From Megasphaera elsdenii DSM 20460 (GTDB lineage: Bacteria; Bacillota; Negativicutes; Veillonellales; Megasphaeraceae): a stretch of DNA of 32,000 bases. The stretch spans positions 270,001-302,000 of the forward strand of contig NZ_CP027570.1 in the NCBI RefSeq assembly GCF_003010495.1, written 5' to 3'. This document shows positions 9,693 through 16,823 of the stretch, one piece after another. The notes beneath the pieces were generated by a model. The model worked only from the letters and a program-made list of their open reading frames with translations. It had not been told where the DNA came from and did no database searches. Positions within the stretch are counted from its first letter, which is position 1, and the number at the start of each line of letters is the position of its first letter. Made by a program: the position numbers and the translations under genes.

Positions 9693-12600
9693 TTATTCCA
9701 GTACTTCCAACAGGCAGTCGCCACTGATGATGGCCTGGCCTTTGGTAGCATAGATTTCGCCGACTGTACCGTCGATAGGAGACGTAATGGTCGTTTCCAT
9801 CTTCATGGCTTCCGTAACGACTAACGGTTCGCCTTTCTTGACTTTCTGGCCCTTGGTGACCAGGACTTTGACGACAGAGCCGGACAAGGTAGCCCCGATA
9901 TCGCCGGCTTTGTCCGGATCGGCCTTGCGGCGGGTGACGGTCTTCATGTCGACGCTCTTGTCCTGGACCTGGATTTCACGTTCGGCGCCGTTGAACATGA
10001 AGGTAATGGTGCGGACGCCGCTGTCATCAGGATCACTGATGTTGATGAGGGTGATGATGAGGTCCTTCCCTTCTTCGATTTCAACGTGGACTTCTTCGTT
10101 TTTCTTCATGCCGAAGAAGAACGTCGGCGTATCGAGAACGCTGACATCGCCGTATTTCTTGACCGTTTCGTTGAAGTCCTTGAAGACTTTCGGATACTGG
10201 CAGTAGGCGTTGATGTCTTCATCTTCGTGCTTATAGCCGGCATCGGTCAGTTTCTGGCGGATCGCTTCGAAATCGACAGGAGGCAGGCTCTTGCCCGGGC
10301 GTTCCGTCAAGGGTTTCTTGCCTTTCAGGACGATCTTCTGGAGTTTTTCCGGGAAGCCCTGGTAAGGAATACCGATGCGGCCTTCGAAAAATTCGACGAC
10401 GGACTGCGGGAAGTCGAGGACGTCGCCTTTATCGTAAACGTCCTGTTCGGTCAGGTTGTTCTGAACCATGAACAAGGCCATGTCGCCGACGACTTTCGAC
10501 GACGGCGTAACTTTGATGATGTCGCCGAACATCATGCTGACCGTGTGGTACATCTTCTTGATTTCATTCCAGCGGTCACCGAGGCCGACGGCTTTCGCCT
10601 GCTGGCGCAGGTTGGAGAACTGGCCGCCCGGCATTTCATGCTGGTAGACTTCCGTATTCGGATAAGCATCGGCTTTGTCGACGCCTTTGTAGTACGGACG
10701 GACCGTAGCCCAGTAACGGGATAGTTCTTCCATGGCATCGACGTCGAGGTCCGGCTGGCGGTCCTTGCCGCTCAAGGCGTAGTACAAGGTGCTCATGCTC
10801 GGCTGGCTCGTGCCGCCGGCAAAAGCGGAATAAGCGACGTCGACGATGTCGACACCGGCGTCGATAGCGCGGTTATACGTGTAGATGGCATTGCCCGAAC
10901 CGTCATGGGTATGGAGATGGATTGGCAGGTCGACGGCATCTTTCAAGGCCGATACCAAGCGGTATGCCGCTTCCGGTTTCAAGAGGCCGGCCATATCCTT
11001 GATGGCGATGATGTTGGCGCCGGCGTTCTGCAATTCTTTCGCCATGTTGACGTAGTATTTCAAATCGTATTTATCCCGGGACGGGTCGAGGATATCACCC
11101 GTGTAGCACAGGGCGACTTCGGCCAGTTTGTTGTTTTCCCGGACGGCCTGGATGGTGCCGTACATGTTGTCCAAGCTGTTGAGGCTGTCGAAGACGCGGA
11201 AGACGTCGATGCCGTTCTTAGCCGACAAGTCGATGAAGTTCTTGACGACGTTGTCGGGATAGCTCGTATAGCCGACGGCATTGGCGCCGCGGACGAGCAT
11301 CTGCAAGAGGATGTTCGGCGCTTTCTTGCGCATCTGGCGCAGGCGGACCCAAGGGTCTTCATAGAGGAAGCGATAAGCTACGTCGAAGGTAGCGCCGCCC
11401 CAACATTCATAGGAGAAGAGATTCGGAAGTTTCTTGGAAGCCGTTTCCAGGACGCGGAGCATATCGATGGAACGGACGCGCGTAGCGAACAGGGACTGAT
11501 GGGCGTCGCGCATGGTCGTATCGGTGAAGAAGACCTTCGGCTGTTCCTTGATCCACTGGGAGAATTTTTCCGGTCCCATGGCATCGAATTTCTGTTTCGT
11601 CCCGTCCGGATAAGCGCCTTCGACAGGTGTCGGCAGTTCCAAGGCTTCAAAAGCCGGTTTATCCTGATGGCCGGCGTCGGCATAGCCATTGATGGTCGTA
11701 TCGCCGATATATTTGAGGAGCTTCGTGCCACGGTCCTGGACGACGGGCAGGTTGAACAGTTCCGGATGGTCATCGATGAAGTTGACGTTGTACGTACCAG
11801 CGATAAATTCCGGACTCTTGAGGACGTTGATCAAGAAGCCGATGTTGGTCTTGACGCCGCGGATACGGAATTCCTTGAGGACGCGGAGCATCTTTTGGGC
11901 TGCTTCTTTATGGGTCAGGCCATAAGTCGTCGTCTTGACCAGCAGCGAATCGTAGTACGGCGTGATGATGGCGCCGGTATAGGCATTGCCGCTGTCGAGG
12001 CGGACGCCGAAGCCGCCGCCGCTGCGGTATACCATGATCTTGCCCGAATCAGGCATGAAGTTGTTCATCGGGTCTTCTGTCGTGATACGGCACTGGATGG
12101 CATCGCCCAGGCAGCGGACGTCGTCCTGGGATTTGATGCCGATTTCATCGCTGTCCAGGGCATAGCCTTCAGCGACTTTGATCTGGGTCTGTACGATGTC
12201 GATGCCCGTAATCATTTCCGTGACGGTATGTTCGACCTGTACGCGCGGGTTGACTTCGATGAAGTAAAATTCACCGTCCGGCGTGACCAGAAATTCGACA
12301 GTACCGGCATTGACGTAATGGACGTTCTTCATCAATTTCAAGGCTGCGTTGCAGATCTTCTGGCGCAATTCGACAGGCAGGGCCGAAGCCGGAGCCGTTT
12401 CGACGACTTTCTGGTGACGGCGCTGGATGGAGCAGTCGCGTTCAAAGAGGTGGATGACATTGCCGTGTTCGTCGCCCATGATCTGGACTTCGACGTGTTT
12501 CGGATTGACGATGCATTTTTCCAAATAAATTTCATCGCTGCCAAAAGCCAGTTTGGCTTCCGATTTAGCACGGTCGTAGGCATCGCGGAGATCAGCCATG

Positions 12601-13127
12601 CGGTCGACCATACGCATACCGCGGCCACCGCCGCCGTTGACAGCTTTCAGCATGATCGGGAAGCCGACCTGTTTGGCAAATTTTTCGACTTCTGCATAGT
12701 TCATGACCGGGCCGTCGCTGCCGGGGATGTACTGGATACCGGCCTTCTTCGCCTGGATGCGGGCATTGATCTTATCGCCGAACATGATGAGGTGTTCGAC
12801 TTTAGGACCGATGAAGATAATGCCTTCTTCTTCACAGCGTTTGGCCAGGTCCGCATTTTCAGACAAGAAGCCGTAGCCCGGATGGATGGCATCGACGTCA
12901 TGTTCATGAGCAATGCGGATAATATCTTCAATATCTAAATATGCATCTACCGGTTTTTTGCCTTCACCGACGAGATACGATTCATCTGCACGGAAACGGT
13001 GCAGGGACAGCGAATCTTCTTTGGAATAAATAGCTACGGTACGGATTCCCAGTTCATTACAAGCCCGGAAAACACGAATAGCGATTTCTCCGCGGTTGGC
13101 AACTAAAACCGAACGAATTTTTTTCAT
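9693..13127 (-). CDS. pyc: Pyruvate carboxylase (single-chain, biotin-dependent)
   Basis: The 1144-aa protein has an N-terminal biotin carboxylase/ATP-grasp region (MKKIRSVLVANRGEIAIRVFRAC...), a central carboxyltransferase region and a C-terminal biotinyl domain with the EAMKMET attachment motif. An AGGAGGG SD is present. Confidence 0.97.
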   Translation of the reverse strand: MKKIRSVLVANRGEIAIRVFRACNELGIRTVAIYSKEDSLSLHRFRADESYLVGEGKKPVDAYLDIEDIIRIAHEHDVDAIHPGYGFLSENADLAKRCEEEGIIFIGPKVEHLIMFGDKINARIQAKKAGIQYIPGSDGPVMNYAEVEKFAKQVGFPIMLKAVNGGGGRGMRMVDRMADLRDAYDRAKSEAKLAFGSDEIYLEKCIVNPKHVEVQIMGDEHGNVIHLFERDCSIQRRHQKVVETAPASALPVELRQKICNAALKLMKNVHYVNAGTVEFLVTPDGEFYFIEVNPRVQVEHTVTEMITGIDIVQTQIKVAEGYALDSDEIGIKSQDDVRCLGDAIQCRITTEDPMNNFMPDSGKIMVYRSGGGFGVRLDSGNAYTGAIITPYYDSLLVKTTTYGLTHKEAAQKMLRVLKEFRIRGVKTNIGFLINVLKSPEFIAGTYNVNFIDDHPELFNLPVVQDRGTKLLKYIGDTTINGYADAGHQDKPAFEALELPTPVEGAYPDGTKQKFDAMGPEKFSQWIKEQPKVFFTDTTMRDAHQSLFATRVRSIDMLRVLETASKKLPNLFSYECWGGATFDVAYRFLYEDPWVRLRQMRKKAPNILLQMLVRGANAVGYTSYPDNVVKNFIDLSAKNGIDVFRVFDSLNSLDNMYGTIQAVRENNKLAEVALCYTGDILDPSRDKYDLKYYVNMAKELQNAGANIIAIKDMAGLLKPEAAYRLVSALKDAVDLPIHLHTHDGSGNAIYTYNRAIDAGVDIVDVAYSAFAGGTSQPSMSTLYYALSGKDRQPDLDVDAMEELSRYWATVRPYYKGVDKADAYPNTEVYQHEMPGGQFSNLRQQAKAVGLGDRWNEIKKMYHTVSMMFGDIIKVTPSSKVVGDMALFMVQNNLTEQDVYDKGDVLDFPQSVVEFFEGRIGIPYQGFPEKLQKIVLKGKKPLTERPGKSLPPVDFEAIRQKLTDAGYKHEDEDINAYCQYPKVFKDFNETVKKYGDVSVLDTPTFFFGMKKNEEVHVEIEEGKDLIITLINISDPDDSGVRTITFMFNGAEREIQVQDKSVDMKTVTRRKADPDKAGDIGATLSGSVVKVLVTKGQKVKKGEPLVVTEAMKMETTITSPIDGTVGEIYATKGQAIISGDCLLEVLE

Positions 13128-13210
13128 GAAAATACCCTCCTGCTTAGAAAAATTAAGTCAAGACCGGTAAACGCACAGATGTCCACTCCCATACATTCAC
13201 CGCTTTCTTC

Positions 13211-13238
13211 ATTATAACAAAATAGGAAAACATTACAA
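13211..13238 (-). promoter_or_regulatory. Putative pyc promoter
   Basis: The minus strand reads TTGTAA (13238-13233), a 16-nt spacer, then TATAAT (13216-13211). This implies a leader of about 80 nt. Confidence 0.45.
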
Positions 13239-13297
13239 GGGACGCACCCTGCGGATTTATAAAAATACTGTATACACGTCATGTTTTTCTGGCCTTT

Positions 13298-14011
13298 TCA
13301 GTCCTTCCCGCTGCTTTTCCTTTCTGTCATCCCGATGACGATAATTGTTCCTTCGTACAGTACAATCATTGGGATGGCAATGCACGTCTGGGTGAACATG
13401 TCCGTCGTCGGCGATACGACGCCGGCAAAGATGAAGGCCAGGAGGATGAAGACGCGGCGCTTGGCTTTCAGCATGGCCGCCGTCACCAGCCCCAGGCGGG
13501 ACAGGACCAGGAGGACCAGGGGCAGTTCGAAGCCCAGGGCGAAAGGCAGGAGAAAGGCGATGAAAAACGATAGATACGCCGAGAGAGAGAACATGGGCTG
13601 CAACGACACCGTGGCAAAACCCATGAAGAACTGGATTGCCGCCGGCAGGACCCAGAAAAAGGCAAAGGCCGAACCGCCGTAAAATAAGAGCAGGGCCGAC
13701 GGGATGAACCATAAGGCCGTCGTCACTTCCCCACCGCGCAGAGCCGGCCGCAGGAAGCGCCAGAATTCATAACAATGGATGGGCAGGGTGCCGAGAAAAC
13801 CCGTAAAGGCAGCGACTTCTAAATAAGAAAAAAAGACTTCTGCCGGATTGAGGAAATACAATTTCCCGGCCGGAGCCGAAAGGACGGCGATGATATCTTC
13901 GGCGTATATATAGGAAATAATACTGCCCAGGAGCCAGGCTGCGAAGCAAACGATGAGGCGCCGCCGCAATTCCTCCAGGTGAAAAGTAATAGGAGCTCGT
14001 TCTTCAGACAT
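13298..14011 (-). CDS. tatC: Twin-arginine translocase subunit TatC
   Basis: This is a six-TM protein with a typical TatC N-terminus (FHLEELRRRLI). The start is chosen at MSEERAP (ATG at 14011), which has an AAAGGAA SD. The track ORF starts 7 codons earlier, at 14032. Confidence 0.9.
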   Translation of the reverse strand: MSEERAPITFHLEELRRRLIVCFAAWLLGSIISYIYAEDIIAVLSAPAGKLYFLNPAEVFFSYLEVAAFTGFLGTLPIHCYEFWRFLRPALRGGEVTTALWFIPSALLLFYGGSAFAFFWVLPAAIQFFMGFATVSLQPMFSLSAYLSFFIAFLLPFALGFELPLVLLVLSRLGLVTAAMLKAKRRVFILLAFIFAGVVSPTTDMFTQTCIAIPMIVLYEGTIIVIGMTERKSSGKD

Positions 14012-14033
14012 GGGATTTCCTTTCAGGTGCATA

Positions 14034-14064
14034 AAAGGGCTTGTCGCACGACGACAAGCCCTTT
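14034..14064 (-). terminator. GC-rich hairpin with the same stem sequence as 9574-9603
   Basis: The hairpin is AAAGGGCTTGTCG-CACGA-CGACAAGCCCTTT. On the minus strand it is followed by TTTTAT, and it ends 22 nt upstream of the tatC start codon. Confidence 0.55.
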
Positions 14065-14068
14065 AAAG

Positions 14069-14246
14069 TTGTTAGTGGCTAGCAGTTAGTTGTTAGAGGG
14101 TGGCTTTAAATTTGAAGTTTTTCTCTGCAAACTACAAACTCTGTGCTACAAACTATAAAGTAAACGGGGCCTCGCATGATGGCAAAAACCTTCGTGCGAC
14201 AGCCCCATCTGCTACAAACTACAAACGCTGTACTACAAACTAATTA
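14069..14246. repeat. Composite intergenic repeat region with three heptad-periodic arrays and an internal hairpin
   Basis: On the plus strand, TAG triplets occur at 14073, 14080, 14087 and 14094, an exact period of 7. In the opposite orientation, CTN triplets occur at 14125, 14132, 14139, 14146 and 14153 (CTGCAAA|CTACAAA|CTCTGTG|CTACAAA|CTATAAA). A further set occurs at 14212, 14219, 14226, 14233 and 14240 (CTACAAA|CTACAAA|CGCTGTA|CTACAAA|CTAATTA), and its last unit contains the nitroreductase stop. The last two arrays are about 30-nt direct repeats that flank an imperfect hairpin at 14166-14206. Confidence 0.75.
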
Positions 14247-14747
14247 TACATAATGTACGCGGGACGGATCGTAGCGGTCTTCGCGTGGTTTGTCTTCGGC
14301 TGTGGCCTGGGGATACCCCATGGCTACGATGGCGAAAGGCGTCAGGCCTTTGGGAACGCCGAGGGACCGGCGGACGAGGACTTCACGGGCCTTATACGGG
14401 GCGACGCCGAGCCATACGGCACCAAGGTCGAGGTGGACGGCTTCGAGCAGGATGTTTTCAACTGCTGCGCTGAGGTCGAGATTGACGAAAGCCGGGAAAC
14501 GCATGTTTTCATCGCGGGAACAGACGACGATGGCCAAGGAAGCACCGGCAGCACAGCCAGCATAGGGACTGCAGTGGGATAAGTCCTGGATGACCCGTTT
14601 GTCGCGGACAACGTAAAATTCCCAAGGCTGCTGATTCCCAGCCGAAGGAGCGGCCATACCGGCGCGCAGTAACTGTTCTATCTTTTCATCTTCTACCATG
14701 GTCGGTAAAAATTTACGGATACTCCGTCTGGCAAAGATTTCATTCAT
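14244..14747 (-). CDS. Nitroreductase-family FMN oxidoreductase
   Basis: The 167-aa protein has the N-terminal RRSIRKF motif and the PSAGNQQPW motif typical of the nitroreductase fold. Confidence 0.85.
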   Translation of the reverse strand: MNEIFARRSIRKFLPTMVEDEKIEQLLRAGMAAPSAGNQQPWEFYVVRDKRVIQDLSHCSPYAGCAAGASLAIVVCSRDENMRFPAFVNLDLSAAVENILLEAVHLDLGAVWLGVAPYKAREVLVRRSLGVPKGLTPFAIVAMGYPQATAEDKPREDRYDPSRVHYV

Positions 14748-14784
14748 GTGAATCGACTCCCTCCTATAATCATATGTCTATTCT

Positions 14785-14793
14785 ATTATAACA
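14785..14793 (-). promoter_or_regulatory. Possible extended -10 promoter of the nitroreductase gene
   Basis: The minus strand reads TGTTATAAT (TGnTATAAT) about 40 nt upstream of the ATG at 14747. There is no convincing -35 box. Confidence 0.35.
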
Positions 14794-14842
14794 TATATAG
14801 ATAGAAAGAAAAAGAAGTTGGATAGGCTTCCATCACGAATGA

Positions 14843-14875
14843 TAAAAAAAAGCTTGTCGCGTATGCGACAAGCCT
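14843..14875 (-). terminator. Rho-independent terminator after tRNA-Leu
   Basis: A 9-bp stem, GCTTGTCGC/GCGACAAGC, has a 4-nt loop (14852-14873) and is followed on the minus strand by eight T. The stem shares the CTTGTCG/CGACAAG core with the hairpins at 9574 and 14034. Confidence 0.8.
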
Positions 14876-14882
14876 CTTTGCT

Positions 14883-14966
14883 TGGTGCCGAGGGAGGGAC
14901 TTGAACCCTCACGGTGTTACCCGCCTGATTTTGAGTCAGGTGCGTCTGCCATTCCGCCACCCCGGC
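14883..14966 (-). tRNA. tRNA-Leu (anticodon CAA), type II with a long variable arm and an encoded CCA
   Basis: The reverse complement reads GCCGGGGTGGCGGAATGGCAGACGCACCTGACTCAAAATCAGGCGGGTAACACCGTGAGGGTTCAAGTCCCTCCCTCGGCACCA (84 nt). It has a 7-bp acceptor stem with one G-U pair, an anticodon stem CCTGA/TCAGG with loop CTCAAAA, and a T arm GAGGG-TTCAAGT-CCCTC. Confidence 0.93.
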
Positions 14967-15015
14967 ATATCTCTTGTGCCGGGCACTTTGTGTTTCAGTG
15001 CTTGGCACAAGAAGA

Positions 15016-15043
15016 ATTATACCATAACTAGCAGAATCGTCAA
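15016..15043 (-). promoter_or_regulatory. Near-consensus promoter for tRNA-Leu
   Basis: The minus strand reads TTGACG (15043-15038), a 16-nt spacer, then TATAAT (15021-15016), with TG at the extended -10 position. An A-rich UP-like tract lies upstream (AAAAAAGTTCAAAAAAATAC). Confidence 0.7.
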
Positions 15044-15066
15044 GTATTTTTTTGAACTTTTTTAAC

Positions 15067-16452
15067 TTAGTGGCCAGCCGGGACTTTTTCTTCCGAATCT
15101 TCGGCTACGACCATTTCTTCTTCCTTCAGATGAGCGAAGTATTTCTTCGTTTCGGCTACGACGACGCCCGAGAGGCCGATGAGGGCGATGAGGTTCGGGA
15201 TAGCCATGAGGCCGTTTACGATATCAGCCAGGACCCAGATGACGTCGAGTTTGATGAAAGCGCCGCAGGCGACGAGGGCGATGAAGATGATGCGGTACGG
15301 CAGGATGCCTTTGACGCCGACGAGGTATTGGACACAGCGTTCACCGTAATAGTTCCAGCCGAGGATGGTCGTAAAAGCGAACAAGGTCAGGCCGACGCAG
15401 AGGATAATGCTGCCGTAAGCCGGGAACGCCATGTTGAAAGCAGCATTAGTCAGGGCTGCGCCATTGACGTCGCCCATCCAGGCACCGCTGACGACGAGGA
15501 CCAGGCCCGTCAAGGTGCAGATGATGATGGTATCGATGAAAGTACCGGTCATGGAAATGAGGCCCTGTTCAGCCGGCCATTTCGTCTTGGCAGCAGCGGC
15601 TACGATAGGCGCACTACCCAAGCCCGATTCATTGGAGAAGACGCCGCGGGCGACGCCGTTACGCATAGCGACTAAGACCGTAGCGCCGAGGAAGCCGCCA
15701 GCTGCGGCAGTCGGCGTGAAGGCGCTGACGATGATCTGTTCGACAGCGGCCGGGATCTGATCGGCAAAGATGACCAGGAAAGCGACGGTAGAAACGACAT
15801 AGATGACAGCCATGGCCGGGACGATCTTGGAAGCGACGCGGGCGATGGACTGGAGGCCGCCGATGGTGATGGCAGCGACGAGGATGGTCAAGACGATAGC
15901 CGTGTATTCGACGGGGATGCTCGTCGTCAGGCGCGTGATTTCAACGATGGAGTTGACCTGAGCGAACGTCCCGATGCCGAAGAAGGCGACGAGGACGCCG
16001 AAGAAGGCGAACAAGAAAGCCAAGGGCTTGTATTTCTTGCCCAAGCCGTTTTCGATGTAGTACATCGGGCCGCCGGCGATGTCGCCGTTCTTATCGACCG
16101 TACGGTATTTGACAGCCAGACAGCCTTCGGCGTATTTCGTGGCCATGCCGACAAAAGCAGCCATCCACATCCAGAAGATAGCCCCAGGACCACCAGCATG
16201 GACAGCCGTAGCGACGCCGACGATGTTGCCCGTGCCGACCGTAGCAGCCAAAGCCGTGCACAAAGCCTTGAAGCTGTCTACGTCGCCTTCACCCTGGTTC
16301 TTAGCCGTGAAGATGAGCTTCAGCGCTCTCGGCAGACGGAAGACTTGCAGCAAATGGAGACGGACAGTCAGCATCAGGCCGGTTCCGATGAGCAGGACCA
16401 GCAACGGCGGCCCCCAGACAAAACTATCAATGGCATTCAACGTTTCTAACAT
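15067..16452 (-). CDS. Alanine/glycine:cation symporter (AGCS family)
   Basis: The 461-aa polytopic membrane protein has an N-terminus (MLETLNAIDSFVWGPPLLVLLIGTG) and overall pattern typical of sodium:alanine symporter family proteins. A GGGGAG SD is present, and a glycine riboswitch lies upstream. Confidence 0.92.
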   Translation of the reverse strand: MLETLNAIDSFVWGPPLLVLLIGTGLMLTVRLHLLQVFRLPRALKLIFTAKNQGEGDVDSFKALCTALAATVGTGNIVGVATAVHAGGPGAIFWMWMAAFVGMATKYAEGCLAVKYRTVDKNGDIAGGPMYYIENGLGKKYKPLAFLFAFFGVLVAFFGIGTFAQVNSIVEITRLTTSIPVEYTAIVLTILVAAITIGGLQSIARVASKIVPAMAVIYVVSTVAFLVIFADQIPAAVEQIIVSAFTPTAAAGGFLGATVLVAMRNGVARGVFSNESGLGSAPIVAAAAKTKWPAEQGLISMTGTFIDTIIICTLTGLVLVVSGAWMGDVNGAALTNAAFNMAFPAYGSIILCVGLTLFAFTTILGWNYYGERCVQYLVGVKGILPYRIIFIALVACGAFIKLDVIWVLADIVNGLMAIPNLIALIGLSGVVVAETKKYFAHLKEEEMVVAEDSEEKVPAGH

Positions 16453-16494
16453 CTTTTCATACTCCCCTTTTGTTATGGTAATTATAATGACATG

Positions 16495-16531
16495 AAAAAA
16501 AGACCTATCATCATCACTCTGAAGATAGGTC
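16495..16531 (-). terminator. Intrinsic terminator forming the riboswitch expression platform
   Basis: On the minus strand, GACCTATC (16531-16524) pairs with GATAGGTC (16509-16502) and is followed by a run of seven T. It lies between aptamer 2 and the symporter SD. Confidence 0.7.
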
Positions 16532-16569
16532 CTAAGGGTCGCAGAAAAAAAGAAAGGTCATTCTGCCAG

Positions 16570-16722
16570 CTCTGTCCTTTTGCCTGAGAGATTAGGAATC
16601 ACTTCCTTGCACCTTCGGCGCCCAAACGGGACTCTCCAGAGTCGTGTCCACACACGGTCCCACCCCCTGAGGGGCACCTGAGAGTTTGACTCCGTCGGTA
16701 GGCCAGGCCTTCTCCCGTGTGT
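16570..16722 (-). promoter_or_regulatory. Tandem glycine riboswitch (two aptamers)
   Basis: Minus-strand aptamer 1 (16722-16650) reads ACACACGG-GAGAAGGCCTGGCCTACCGACGGAGTCAAACTCTCAGGTGCC...GGGA-CCGTGTGT. Aptamer 2 (16641-16570) reads CTCTGGAGAGTCCCGTTTGGGCGCCGAAGGTGCAAGGAAGTGATTCCTAATCTCTCAGGCAAAAGGACAGAG. Both carry the conserved GGAGA...ACCGAAGG.GCAA...CTCAGG...GGAC core with closing P1 helices. Confidence 0.87.
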
Positions 16723-16754
16723 TTCGTTCACGCAATATGTATGATGTGATTGTT

Positions 16755-16783
16755 ATTATAAACCGGCTTCTTAAAAATTGCAA
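16755..16783 (-). promoter_or_regulatory. Promoter of the riboswitch-symporter transcript
   Basis: The minus strand reads TTGCAA (16783-16778), a 17-nt spacer, then TATAAT (16760-16755), about 30 nt upstream of aptamer 1. Confidence 0.65.
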
Positions 16784-16823
16784 GCCCTTTACGGAAATTT
16801 GTCCGTATTCAGCGCACTTTTTT

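Noticed and set aside
10905-12938. 677-aa plus-strand ORF inside pyc
   Set aside because: It is antisense to pyruvate carboxylase, whose identity is certain. A long stop-free antisense frame is a by-product of pyc codon usage. No motif or RBS is present.
9693-13127. Visibly lower GC and different codon choice in pyc (also in guaB and the symporter) as a sign of horizontal transfer
   Set aside because: These are core, probably highly expressed genes. The shift is toward the codon set typical of translational selection (GGT, CGT, AAA, GAA, TTC), not a block of foreign composition. No mobility genes or boundaries flank them. A codon adaptation analysis on the full genome would settle it.
14118-14246. 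The repeated CTACAAAC units as a CRISPR array
   Set aside because: The units are 7 nt long with no unique spacers of 25-40 nt, there are only two larger repeats of about 30 nt, and there are no cas genes. They are described instead as a heptad-periodic intergenic repeat.
14778-15008. 76-aa minus-strand ORF
   Set aside because: It runs through the tRNA-Leu gene, its leader and its terminator, so the tRNA explains the sequence.
14843-15043. tRNA-Leu as the attachment site of a genomic island
   Set aside because: I saw no integrase, no phage or IS genes on either side, and no direct repeat of the tRNA 3' end in the window. The flanking genes are ordinary metabolic genes.
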